From assembly GCA_964016885.1 (NCBI GenBank), contig OZ024742.1, forward strand, positions 146,258,001 through 146,322,000: DNA of 64,000 bases, read 5' to 3'. Shown piece by piece: positions 22,927 through 35,858 of this stretch. The translations under genes were made by a program, and so were the position numbers. The first letter of the stretch is position 1, and the number at the start of each line of letters is the position of its first letter. This DNA is from Eledone cirrhosa. Its lineage: Eukaryota. The notes under the pieces were generated by a model. It saw nothing but the letters and a program-made list of their open reading frames with translations, searched no databases and was not told the DNA's origin.

Positions 22927-23142
22927 ATCTGAGTTTTTCGAATATTAATAATAACATTCGATTCGTTTGCAATTATGGACACAAGCCTCAATTTTATAGC
23001 CATTCAGTAGAATGAACACTTCATTCTTGCTCTTATGTTGGCATGCAATGTTCATTCTACAGACATGGCTATAAAATTTAGGCTTGTTTGCATAATTGCA
23101 AAACAAATCGAATGTTATTATTAATATTCGAAAAACTCAGAT
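22927..23142. mobile_element. Fold-back / MITE-like element with ~92 bp imperfect inverted arms
   Basis: ATCTGAGTTTTTCGAATATTAATAATAACATTCGAT.. and its reverse complement ending ..TCGAAAAACTCAGAT. A related fragment lies at ~3777-3812. Confidence 0.8.
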
Positions 23143-23406
23143 ATAGATAGAGATATGTATGTATGTGTGCATATATGTATGTATGTATGCATGTATGTAT
23201 GTGTATATATATATATATATCATCATCATCATCATATATATATATGTATGTATCTATCTATGAATGTCTCTTTTTAATTATTTGAATTCTTGGAATTTGA
23301 GTTTATTTAATAACATGCAAGTACACCAACAATTATCAGCTTTGTAGCAATTGTCTCTAATATATCTCGTTCTAACTGGTTTTGGAAGAAATATTCACAT
23401 CTACAG

Positions 23407-23450
<44 letters not shown>

Positions 23451-23531
23451 TAGATATATAGATATATAGATATGTATGTATGCATATATGTATGTATGTA
23501 TGCATGTATGTGTGTATATATATATATATAT

Positions 23532-24205
23532 ATCATCATCATCATCATCATCATCATCAGGTTTAGCGTCCGTGTTCCACGCTTGCATGGGTTTGGACGG
23601 GGGTTTTCCCACTTGAGGCAAGAGTGGTTGTCTTGCTCGCATAGGACTGTCTGGCGGGTTTTCTACAGTTGGATGCCCTTCCTAACACCAACCACATTTA
23701 CAGTGTGGGGCTGGGAGGTTTTTACCGTGTTGCCTACACGGCCACATTACAGCATGGACTGTCTGGCGGGTTTTCTACAGCTGGATGCCCTTCCTAACAC
23801 CAACCACATTTACAGTGTGGGGCTGGGAGGTTTTTACCGTGTTGCCTACACGGCCACATTTACAGCGTGGACTGTGTGTTTTTTTATCGTGACACCTACA
23901 CGATCTCATTTGTTTCGGCCTGGATGTTGTGGGACCAACATAACTTTACATTGAAAGGGGCGGTGTGGATGGGGTGGAGGTGGTGGGACGGGGTGGGGGG
24001 GTGTTTTGATAGAGATGCCTACTGACTGTAGTAGGTTTTTACTTTGTATTTAGGTAAGGCGGGTCTTCTCTATTACTGAGTACCGCCAAAGGTCTCGGTC
24101 CAGTGACATTTTCTTGGAGAGGTGTAAGCGTGTGAGGTCGGAATTTATCAGCTCGTCCCATGTTTTTCTGGGTCTGCCTACTCCGTGGCTACCGTCTATC
24201 TTTAT
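23532..24205 (-). mobile_element. 3' fragment of RTE family 1 with an internal ~111 bp tandem duplication in the 3' UTR
   Basis: Reverse complement of 1640-2200. Duplicated unit at ~23645-23755 and ~23756-23870. Confidence 0.92.
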
Positions 24206-24315
24206 CATATATATATATGTGTGTGTGTGTGTATATATATATACACATGCATACATACATATATGCATACATACATATCTATATCTATCTATCTCTATCT
24301 CTATTTCTCTCTCTT

Positions 24316-24346
<31 letters not shown>

Positions 24347-24347
<1 letters not shown>

Positions 24348-24672
24348 GGTACATGGCTTAGTGGTTAGAGCATTGGCCTTGCAATCGAAAGGTTGTGAGT
24401 TCAATTCTCAGACCGGGTGATGTGTTGTTTCCTTGAGCAAGACACTTTATTTCACATTGCTCCAGTTTACTCAGCTGTAGAAATGAGATGATAGGGACTG
24501 GGGTCCCTATCATTCCACTGCAAAGTGGACGTGGAGGTGCCACGGCAAAAGAGCACCCAGCACTCACTGTAAATGAGGTTGGTGTTAGGAAGGGCATCCA
24601 GCTGTAGAAATCAAGCCAGAATCAGTTCCCGTCCCACCCTTGCAAGCAGGGAAAAGCGGACGTAAAATGAAA
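24347..24672 (+). mobile_element. Full-length CORE-type tRNA SINE with RTE-derived tail
   Basis: A box TGGCTTAGTGG, B box GAGTTCAATTC, CORE-like TCCTTGAGCAAGACACTTTATTTCAC..CTCAGCTGTAGAAATGAG, and a tail identical to the RTE end at 22143-22185. Confidence 0.9.
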
Positions 24673-24739
24673 TGAATGAAAATGAATATATCATCATCAT
24701 ATATATATATATATATGTATGTATCTATCTATTAATGTC

Positions 24740-25450
24740 TCTTTTTAATTATTTGAATTCTTGGAATTTGAATTTATTTAATGACATGCAAGTACACCAA
24801 CAATTATCAGCTCTGAAGCAATTGTCTCTAATGTATCTCGTTCTAACTGGTTTTGGAAGAAATATTCACATCTACAGCTAACCAATATGACTGTACATAA
24901 TTTTACTTTTCTCTGCCAAATAACTCTTGAGGCCTGTTGTGTTTTCACTTGGCAGAAGTTGTGATGGAAATGTTCCACCAATATTTCTTGTGCTGCTATG
25001 TATGTATATATCTGATTGCCTGGATTGTCTATATTTATCCCAGAACAGTCTTTTCTATGGGTGGCATTATTTTAGAAACAACATTGTGCCTCATTGGGAA
25101 GTTGTGCTTTGATGACTTCTTGGCCAGCTATAAATCCCATGTGTGATATAACTGACATTTTCAGTTGCATCTGAGGTCCTTACTGTCTTTTTTTACTCAG
25201 CAGATCTTTTGTTGCTATCTCCTGCTGTTGGATTGCAAAAGCATAGCCTTTGAAATGTGATATGATGTGATGTGATGTGATAATGTTAATCAGTTCGTGT
25301 TAATATTAGCCATGCCTAACTTTCTTTTGATATGCAGAATATTCCTTTTCCAGGTCTTTCTTAAGGTATGCTAATCCAACAATTCAAGTGTTGCATGAGA
25401 GTTTATTAGCATCTTTTACTGTTGTAGACCCTAGCACATAACCACTGGAT
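24740..25450 (-). pseudogene. Heavily decayed R4/Dong-like ORF fragment (RLE region)
   Basis: Minus-strand remnants GYAFAIQQQEIATK, YWWNISITT, KHNRP, VIWQRKVKLCTVILVSC and IIVG, with many stops and frameshifts. Confidence 0.6.
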
Positions 25451-26439
25451 TCTCATAAAAGAAATAACAGAGGATTTAATGTCAAGATAAACAGAAGTAC
25501 AGAGTGACTGTCTCCTTGGAATATTCCCTTTGAAATATTTATGACATTGGAAACAATTGTTCCACATTCAATTACAAATGTGATGATTATTGACTAGATA
25601 GCAACAACTAAGGTAGCTGGTATTGTTGGACTCATAAATTAAGAATCCTTCCAAATGATTTTCAGCCAAGATGCCGCACTGTGGGTTATAACCTAAGAGC
25701 ATGTGGTGGCAAAGTGACCTTCATAACAGAGTCATGCCTATACCTAAACTGTCAACCAAAAACCAGTTGAACTACTTCAACAAAACTCAAAATACTTAAA
25801 CTAACAAAGAAAGATAGTTTAACTAGTTTAACTGGATTAAGCTGGTTTTATTATATAAAGCTATATATGTTTATGTAGTTAATGTAAACAGTTTTAATTG
25901 TGTTAGCAAATAGATAATTACAGGAATTAATTGATTTTAGAAAAAGATAATAGTATTAGTAAAACAAAGATGGTAATTAATTGAATTTACAAAAATATAA
26001 GACAGAAAATATTAACTATAGCATTTTAATTAAAAAATTACAACGGTGTTTAATTGAGTTTTAAATGGGAATAGTTAATTTAAACAATATTAAAAATTAA
26101 TTAAATTAAAGCTAAATGTAGTGGGTTTAGAATGGAGAAGTTTTAAAGTTATGCTTTATATGTAATTTAAATCTAATTATCTCAAAAAGGTGTTCCACTT
26201 AAGGCTTTATGAGAAGTTAACGATGCTGTTTATTATACATTACATTGCTGTATGCCAGGAGCCATTAATATATTCTTAGAGAAGAATATAAACATACTGT
26301 TTGGTTATTTTTCAAGCAGTGAAGGTCACACACACATATATGCATGCATCCCCTCCTATATATTTATTTGTGTGTGTGCAAGTTAAATGATGTTAAATGA
26401 TGGTTATGATATGCTCACACACTCACACACACACATATA

Positions 26440-26880
26440 TATCATTAATGTGAGGCTGTTTAACAACGGATAAAACTGGTGGTTTGGGTTGGTAAACGAT
26501 GATGCAACAAATTAATTAAAGCATTCAACGTTAAACAAATCATCCATCGTAGATGTGGTAGCCAGTGGGTGGTGCAGGAACGGAGTAAAATATTCATTAA
26601 AACAACAACAGAAGGCCAGATTGGAAAATCTACTTTAGAATTTTAATCCTGCGAAAGCACTACACATATTTTGGTGGCCTAGCTCTATCATCTGATTATA
26701 ATGCAAGACTAGGCGATTTCATCAGGTGTTATTTGCGTAATTATGTAACAGGATTACATTGAACCCAACCAGAGAACAGAAGATAGAAGATACAAAGAAA
26801 TTGAAAATAGAGGACTGATTCGATTCGGGAACCACTTGCTGATTTGGTGTTATATCAATAGCAGACGATCCCCAAATGAG
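26440..26880 (-). mobile_element. Second copy of hammerhead family H1 (GAAA mutated to AAAA)
   Basis: Homologous to 3815-4155. Minus strand AACAC-CUGAUGA-AAUCG CCUAG..CUAGG CCACC-AAAA-UAUGUG-UA-GUGCU at 26656-26730. Confidence 0.55.
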
Positions 26881-27739
26881 ATATATATATCTATACAGGT
26901 ATATTTATATATATATATATATATATGAGAGTGTGTGTATGTGCGCGTACAAATATACATATGTATATATGTATATACATATACACACACACAGGCACAT
27001 ACACACATACACACATAGTGACATCGCTTTGTTTAAAGACAACAGTATATTGATAGTTAAATGTTAATTATTTCCAGTTATTTAATCACTCATGATTCAA
27101 ACCCTTTGTGAATAAAAACACAATTTTCGACTCTTAAACAATATCAATTTAAACATGGAAATTTTGTATAATGCAATTACTGACTATTCATACAACCACA
27201 AAAATCTGTTTCTATGACACAAAACTGCTTGTTTATGTAAAATCATTTTTTGAAACTATGGACAGTGACTTCGTTAGAAATATGAAAATGAAAGGGTTAA
27301 TATATTTATATTTTAGTAAAAATATTTTAATTTTAATATTTAATAATATTTCCATTTAAGTAACAGCAACTACCAATACATATTTGATTATATAAACCTA
27401 AGATCTGTTATGATTGATTTTAATATTCAATATTATACTCTAATTAAACCCTAATATTGATAATTATAACTAATTACTATAACTAAGTTCTCTTGTGATG
27501 TGTAAACTAAAACCTCATCTGAAGCGTGATCAAGGATTTTCTAACTGCATGACTTTTCAAACTATAGCTGATCAAGTTAGATGCTCAGTAATTGCTATTG
27601 ACTTGCCCAGAGATCTTCAATTGAAACTGGTGTCTATTCTGATCGGTAGCTCTCCTGACTAACCATGTTGGGAACTTCTTCAGTGGCTAATCTGATTGAC
27701 CATGTTGTGAACACCTTCATTGGCTATTCTGAAAATTGA

Positions 27740-28080
27740 GAAGGCGCATGGCTTAGTGGTTAGAGCTTTGGGTTTGTAATTGAAAGGTTGTGAGTTTGGT
27801 TCTTGGACCAAGTGATGCGTTGTGTCCTTGAGCAAGACACTTTATTTCACTTTGCTCCAGTTTACTAAGCTGTAAAAATGAGTTGTGATGTCACTAGTAC
27901 CAAGCTGTATTGGTCATTGCCTTTCTCTTGGACAACATTGGTGGCATAGGGAGGGGAGACTGGTATGTAAGGGTGACTACTGGTCTTCCACAAAACAAAC
28001 TTTGCCCAGTCATGTGCCTCGGAGGGAAATTTTCTAGGTGCAAAACCATGGTTATTCATGACCAAGTGGGGGCCCTCAAG
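27740..28080 (+). mobile_element. CORE-type SINE (non-RTE tail variant) inserted in a ~38 bp degenerate tandem repeat
   Basis: A/B boxes and CORE domain; same subfamily as 45410-45730. Flanking units CTATTCTGATTGACCATGTTGTGAACTTCTTCAGTG on both sides (27630-28170). Confidence 0.82.
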
Positions 28081-28508
28081 ATTCTGAATAACCATGTTGT
28101 GAACTTCTTCAGTGTCTATTCTAATTGACCATGTGAACCTTTTTAGTGAAATTGGTGGCTATTCTAGCAGTCCTTGATCAAAAGAACTGAGAAGAACTAC
28201 TAAAATAATTTACTGTTGGTTGATAAAGAACAGGAAAATGACTGCCACTGACATTTGAAAGAATACTGGATAAAACATAGAGATTGACGATACTTCTAAA
28301 ATAAAATAAAAATCGACTAAAACTTTGCATTTATGGGACATGTTACATGTAAATGCCTGTACATTACTCTGAAAACATGACACACCTGCATTCAATTTGC
28401 TCAGAAGCATAAGAGTTGAACCTTTTCAGATTAGTAAAAAATCTTGTGACTTTTCTGGCAAAGCTCTTCAATTCATTCAATTTCTAATTCATTATGTTGA
28501 AGTATCCC

Positions 28509-28692
28509 GGCGGATTGGCAGTATCGGTAGAGAGTCAGACACCATGCTTTGAAGCATAGAGTTACGTCCCTTTATGATCTGAGTTCAAATCCCGCCGAGG
28601 TTAACTTTGCCTTTCATCCTTAAGGGGGTCGATAAAATAAAGTACCAGTAATGTACTGGGTAATTGCTGGCCTTGTGCCTAAAATAGAAACA
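28509..28692 (+). mobile_element. Full-length Meta-type SINE with 18 bp TSD
   Basis: TSD ATTATGTTGAAGTATCCC at 28491-28508 and 28693-28710. Confidence 0.93.
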
Positions 28693-28989
28693 ATTATGTT
28701 GAAGTATCCCAGTTTATAATTGCTAAGGCTAGTATATTTATACCTACTATTTCATTTCTTGTATTCAGTTCACTTTTTAATATTAATTTGACTCTTCTAT
28801 AATAAATCGTATTTTTTAAAGAAACCTTGAGCAAATTATGAATTTCAAATGTAATTTAGCTTAAAGTTAACAGTTGCAATGCAGGCAATGCTGTCCACTT
28901 TCCCATCTTTAGTGGCTTGTATGCCTGACTTGTTTGACAATTTTTCATACTCATAAACCTACATTGAAACAGTTAACTTTAAGCTAGCC

Positions 28990-29645
28990 TACATTCAAAA
29001 TTCTTCTGTAATACTCCTTTCTACTTTGTTCAATTTCTGTGTATGTATTTTATCAGTTTCAATTACTCTTAAGTATTTCTATGTTTGGTTCTATTCTAAT
29101 TCTCTGCTTTCATTGTCTGAATCTATTTTAGTGTTCACAATTTTAGATAATTTGCGTCTTTTGAAAGCAGCTTTGGTTAGTGCTTTACGCATTTTTACAT
29201 TATTATTATTATTATTGGAAACTTCCTTTGAATCCTGCTTCTTTCCTAAATCATGCCATGCATCAACCTGACACACAAGCAAAATTTAATAATTCACACA
29301 TTTTACAAGCAGTTGTCATACAAATGATGTCATAAGGACACAAACAACAGTAAATGTCTTTGCAAGGTATTCAAATTGATAATGCCCTTCTCAGGACATG
29401 GACAATGCCAGTCAACACTATTTTCTGTATCTCTTGCTGAGATGGCTTACCAGGTATCTGGTCCAAATATTTTTCACTTCCCCTTTTTATCATTCCAAGT
29501 GCAAAAACCATTACTGGTATTGTACACACCTTAAGATGAACATTTTTTTCAATTTCCATTGATAGATTTTTATAATTACTGAGCTTTCCAAACCCTTTCA
29601 AGTAAATGTTACAATCTGATGGAATGCTCATATCAATTAAGAAAG
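28990..29645 (-). mobile_element. R4/Dong fragments: RLE C-terminus with 3' UTR and (TAA)n tail (29200-29645), then an RT-thumb fragment (28990-29190)
   Basis: IDMSIPSD..KLSNYKNL..IPVMVFALGMI..EIQKIVLTG..VLRRALSI*. KAAFKRRKL..RELE..KYL aligns with Dong A KATFTRGKL..RELD..KYLG. Confidence 0.8.
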
Positions 29646-29879
29646 ATTATATCCCGCCGAGGTTGACTTTGCCTTTCATCCTTACGAGGTCGATAAAATA
29701 AAGTACCAGTAATGCACTGGGTAATTGCTGGCCTTGTGCCCAAAGTAGAAACAATTATTATTAATATTATTATTATTATGAATTTTATATCTCAGTGATT
29801 GATGTTATTTAACCAGAAAATTTGTCAAAATTAACATTAAGCCACTACCTACAGATATTCAGGACGTATCAGAGGATCC

Positions 29880-31060
29880 ATGCTGTTCCCAGTAGGCATG
29901 CCCATTTTTTAAAGTGGTCAGCTACATGGACCACAAATTTGTGATCTTCGTGGTCTACCTAGATAGGTTACATAGTCAGGGGCCAAGTTACTGAAAGCTG
30001 AACATGTTTCTCCCAGCAAATAAAGCCTAGAGAGACGGGGTTAGCAAATTAGTTAAGTAGGCATTGATGGGGTCTGTCGTCAACAACAAATTGTGGTTTG
30101 CCTAAAAAGGACAATCAAAGTAGAATCCATTAGGTTTAGCAAGGCTATAGTGATAGAAAAGAATAGACAAGAGGGAGAACTAGTTAGAAAGCTAGATGAC
30201 GCACTTAGTAAAGGCATCTTGACTGAGGTGTAAGCAGCGAGATTGGCCCTTGACCAATTCTTCAATGCTAAACATGAAGGCTGCATTGTCAGAGCTAGGG
30301 CACATGCAATAAGGCATGAGGGAATGAAAGCTGTTCAATGGGTATGTGTGGCAGAGGCATGGAGTAGCAACAAAGCCACATTCTGGTCTTGGGTGCACCA
30401 TGACAGGCACATATTAGTTGATCCTGACCAGATGTGTGTGGCTTTTCAACTGCTCAACTGTTTGAGAGCTGTGGTAGGCCAAGCTGCAAAATGGACTCCA
30501 GTCCCTACCTTGACTAGCTGCCATGACTCTTGGCAACAGAGGCAGAGTGCTGCAAAAGGCTAATAACAGTGCTGAGATATGGGAGGCAATGACTGGCTGT
30601 GTGAGGGGTAAATCACCTGGTCTGGATGGTCTGCTCTATGAGCTTTACATTCACATGACAGGCTTGTTCAGTGACCTCTTGGCAGATGTCTACTGCAACT
30701 GACAGCAGAATGGGAGAATTCCCAGTTCTGTGAGTTGAGGAGCAGTGGTGCTGCTGAGAAAGGACCCAAACAAGGGGGACAACATAGATAATTTCAGGCC
30801 CATAACTCTGCTGAATGCAGAGTTCAAAATTTTGACCAATGTGTTAGCAACGAGGTTGGTGCTTGTCGTCGGGGCTCTGGTGGGAGGTGCAGATATGCGC
30901 CATTCCAGACAGATCCATCTATGACAACCTCCACCACATGCAATACATCATGGAGAGGATAGCTAAGGAACCTAGCACGGGTGGGGCCCTAATCAACTTA
31001 GATCAATTAAAAGCATTTGATAGGGTCAACCATCAATACCTGGTGGCACTCTCAGGGCAG
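29880..31060 (+). pseudogene. Decayed internal ORF2 fragment of the Tx1 family
   Basis: Colinear with ~15790-16970, with many stops and frameshifts. Confidence 0.92.
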
Positions 31061-31448
31061 ACTTGAAAGTGCATATTCTCAGAAAATATTCTGAATCTGC
31101 TATACTTTTGGTACTCAAAATGTATGAGGAGAGATATGTTTGTGTGCTATTTACATCACGCCCTGGAGGAATGAACAAATTGACAGGATAATTTCATCAT
31201 ATTTACATAAGACTATTTGATTAAATATTCTTCTTCTTTTCCCTTTTCTTTTTTCTTTTCTTCAGGTTGGCTTCGTTCATATTTTGGATTTGAATTTGTA
31301 TAATTTTGAATTTTTATCACTTTTTATTTTGAACTCGACAAAGACAGACTAACTGTTGAAATATTGTTCAACAAATCTATTGCAATCGCATTGCACTCTT
31401 CGTATTGCCTATTTACCTTTGTGAAGAGTTACGTCAATCCTTTTAAAA

Positions 31449-31478
<30 letters not shown>

Positions 31479-31481
<3 letters not shown>

Positions 31482-32054
31482 GTCGAACACCTGCTGTCGC
31501 ATGTAGAACGGATCCGGCTATCAGCTGAGTCCGTCGTGAGGATTGCCCCACCCCCTTCCTTTAGCCGGGAAGGGCAGGCAGTTTTTATTTGTCTGGTGGC
31601 CATTTGCAAAAAGGATAGTATGGTGGACGTGTCTGAAAGGGCTGAAGACGAGCACTTACCTCTTTGGTGATGCCCTGATTAACTTTTTCAAATTTCATTT
31701 GAAAAGGAAAATCAGGGTAGAGAGGGAAGTGCTCTCTTCCCAGCATTTTGTTGAAAGATGGGTGAGAGAGGCAAGAATGGCCTGAGTGAATGGACCTACT
31801 CTGAGTATGTGCCTGTAAATTGAAGGTGAAAAACTGGGTGGTCAGGGTCGCCATGGCTTTTTTAATGGGCTTTCTCCATGATGGCCCTCAGAAGTCACCC
31901 CCCTATTGGGGAATTTTTCATTGTTCTTTTTTTGTTATATCCTCTGTTTTTGTTTTTTTTTTACATGCAGAAATGCCCTTTTGTACCGTCCTGTATTGTC
32001 CTGTACTGTCCTTAATGTCTACTTTGTGTAAACCCTTGTGGTTAATAAAGAAAG

Positions 32055-32102
<48 letters not shown>
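31479..32102 (+). mobile_element. 5'-truncated Tx1-family copy with (TTA)n on both sides
   Basis: Colinear with 18238-18900. (TTA)n at 31450-31480 and 32057-32101. Confidence 0.93.
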
Positions 32103-33429
32103 CAATAATAATAATAAATGTAGGGCTTGAATGGTCATCATGTTTTGAAGATGTTTGCCCTATGATAAGGAAGACATAAAATGTTATATATAAAAAAATT
32201 TATTTGACGTCAAGAAATTAAATAGACACCACACTTTATGATGATGTAGTTGGCCTCATAAAGAATATTGCAGCAAATAAAAAATAACGTGTTCAAAGAA
32301 TGTGTGAACGTATTAAAGTAATAATTTATTTGGCAAGATGCGATGCCAGTTTTCATATCAGAATGACAGAATCCATTAATTTGATATCAGTATTTTTACC
32401 AATACTTATTTTATTGAACTCTTAAGCTGAAAAGTTAAGTTCACCTTGGTAGCATTAAAACTTGGAAGCAAACTGATTCTAACAAAATATCAAAGAACAT
32501 ATAGTTTAGTGCACTCTAAAATATATTAAATATTCAAACCTATTAAACCTTTCTAGCCCATCAAACTTTTAACAGATATAAAACGAAGGAGAAATATAAA
32601 ATATTTATGTTTCAGGATTGAAATATGTTGAGATTTAATGATAGATTTGATATGGTTTTAATCTAATTTGCATTTACATCAATATATTTCTTTAGATCTT
32701 TAAAAAAACTGCAGGTTATTTTCCATCTATACTGATGGTTAAAGATATGATCATTGGGAAAAGAAAATAGAAATATGTTGTATTAAATTGGCTTATTATA
32801 AAGTAGCCTTGATGTGAATTCAGATAATTAACATAACTACTCTGGATAAAAGGGAGTCAGCACCAAAGACAGAAAAGGGGGGAAGGAAAACCAAGAAACT
32901 GTCATCATATGTAGTAATAAAGTGTAATTGCTTCTTTAAACAAGCTAGAGTTCATGTACATAATCTGTTAGAATTTGGGAATACCAATACACAAACAGCT
33001 ACCAAAAAAGATTGAATCTGGACTAGGTTTCTGGCAGCATAAGATCAATTAAATTTATTGAATCTCATCTGAATAACTCATAGAATATCATGATTAATTT
33101 TTGCTTTGCACAACATCCAGTTTTATCTATTTGCGTATACATACATATATATATACAAAGTGTTAAAACATATATATATACAAAGTGTAAAACATATATA
33201 TATATTTGTATGAAGCGTGGGACAGTATAGTCAATTGAATAACTATCTGTCTGTATTATTGGAATATATTCTATTGGCCCTGAAGCTCCAATAGAATTTC
33301 AATTCTGATTTATTATATCAATCAGGACCCCTCTCAACCCAATGTTTTCACCCTTATCTCACCCCAACTACTGACAGACATTTCAAACTGAACATTAATC
33401 ACACTGTTTTTGTTGGACCTTCATTGGTT

Positions 33430-33655
33430 CCAACAAGTGTTCCAGTTGTTCAAACAATGGAACGGCCTGCTCATAAAACTAAAGACATATCCACCCATAA
33501 CGTAGTTCTCAGGAAGATTCAGCATGACATAGTATGAGACAAGGCTGACCCTTCGAGTTAAAGGTGCAACTCATTTTTTCCAGCTGGAATTATGTGAAAT
33601 AAAGTCTCTTGCTCAAGGATACGATGCACTGCCAGGAATCGAACTCATGAGTAAT
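33430..33655 (-). mobile_element. Decayed CORE-type SINE, same subfamily as 46956-47863
   Basis: Shares GTTCTCAGG.AGATTCAGC.TGACA and GAAATAAAGT.TCTTGCTCAAGG. Confidence 0.7.
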
Positions 33656-34681
33656 CACACAAACTATCCTTAATCTCCTTTCTAGGAACTCTCGCCTCAC
33701 ACTACTCCACTTTTTCCACCTTGATCCACTCCTCTCTCCTCTCTCCTATCTCACATACTGCTAATACTGCTGCTATTACAACCAATGCAAATGCTATCAC
33801 TAACACATTTACCACCCCCCTAGACACCCTATCAGCATTACTTTCACAACAATGGCCACCCCTTAACTACCACTAATATCACCACCACAAACTTTATTGG
33901 CTTAATATATTATATTTAAAGCACCATTATGGTGCCAAATACTGTGTCTTTGGATTTATTTGTTCCACATTCCTGGCAATAATCACTGCTATTTGTTTCT
34001 TCTTGCCAGAAATATGAAAAAGAAAAATAATACAACTAAAAATCTCAGAAAACATTGCAAGTGAGAGGTGTCATCTGTTTCAACCTTCACTGGCAGAACA
34101 ACCAAAATTAATGGTTGGCAATATCATTAATTCTTCAGTTGAGACTAACAGACTCGGCTTGGAATTATTGTCTCCACAGAAGTATACAACCTAAATAAAT
34201 GGCCAGAATCTCCTTTGTATTTAGAAGGCTATAAAACAAATACCTAAAGACAAATAACAAAAACAAAATTTATACTTGTATTTCATTTAGCCCTTTCATT
34301 ATCTAAGGAAAGACACTGCATATGATTTTCAAATAATTTGGAAAATAATCACGAATTTAGAGTGATTTAAGCTGGAATTTGGAATATAACTTAAAGGTTC
34401 TTTATATAAATTACGGTAGAAGGTTTTTAGATCAATATTAATACTAACTGTTTCCAGTGGTTTGTTATCAAAAGAGTGAAATTGTTGAGAAATTGAACAC
34501 TTTCAATGTTAGGTGTAGGCATGGCTGTGTGATTAAGAAGTTTGTGTTGCAGCCATGACATTTCAGGTTCAGTTCCACTGTGTTGTACCTTGACCAAGTG
34601 TTTTTTACAGACTTGGGTTGACCAATGCCTTGTAAGGGAAATTTGTGACATGGAAACTACAAAAGGGCATCACCTCCTCCC

Positions 34682-34712
<31 letters not shown>

Positions 34713-35548
34713 ATCATTGTTTTTACATGTTTTTCCATTCTTGCATGGGTTGGACGGATTCTTTGCAGCACAGCATCTCTCCACTCATCATGTTCTGTCA
34801 TCATCTCCCCTGCCAGTCCTAGTGATTTGAGGTCATATATATATATATATATATATACATATCATCATTTTTATTTTTGCTTTTCTATACTTGTGTATAT
34901 ATATATAAATCCCCCACTCTCTCCCATGAAACTTGGCGAATTGATAAAATTAGTAAAATATATGCTAGACTTGCAGTGATAATTTCTGCAATAACTAGCT
35001 GGTGAGATCCAGGCTTTGTCACCCAGGCTGAGGATCAGCAAGCTGACAAAATATTAACAATTTACTGGTAGGGTTCTTGTCAAACCAATAGTTTTGGTCA
35101 ACATTGCATAGTAAACTCAAATTTCATCAACATTATATAGAAAAAACTCTTCTCTAATTTACACTTTTCTATCTCTAACTTGTTTTATATTGGCTTTCCC
35201 AAAATAATCCTAATCACATATTTCACATTGCTTTATATAATATATATAAAGTCTAAGGTCTGTCAAAAGACTGTTTAAAGTCTGCCTCTTGCCTGGAGGT
35301 TCATTAAGCCAGTGCTTATCCTGGTTTCCTTGGAGTTAAGTGACTGAGAGTACAAGACTCTTTACTGAACAGGATGCCAGTCCATCACAGAGTTAATCTT
35401 GTACCTACTCTTGGTACTCATTTTCAGATGAGTGTATTGGAGCAATGAGAAATGAAGTGTTTTGTTTAAGAACACAACACACAACCCAGTCCAAGAATCA
35501 AACTCACAAAAGGCATTTTCATAACATAATATCATATACATATGCATA

Positions 35549-35606
<58 letters not shown>

Positions 35607-35610
<4 letters not shown>

Positions 35611-35812
35611 TACAAAAGATAGTACTAATGGGAACTGCCCATATACTAAGGAAGATTCTGTCAATATAAGTACATCACAAGTCTAAACACTAAAGATGCA
35701 TGTGTGAATATGTATGTTCTTTCTTGAACATGGCGGACCTTGTTGTCTCTTGAGGTCACTGGTTGTGACTTGGTGATAACTCGTATGAACATAAAGCAAG
35801 ATAAATGCAACT

Positions 35813-35858
<46 letters not shown>
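35607..35858 (+). mobile_element. 3'-terminal fragment of Dong family A with (TAA)n on both sides
   Basis: About 95% identical by eye to 40416-40622. Confidence 0.92.

Noticed and set aside
24347-24420. tRNA gene
   Set aside because: It has A and B boxes but continues into a CORE domain and a LINE tail, so it is a SINE head.
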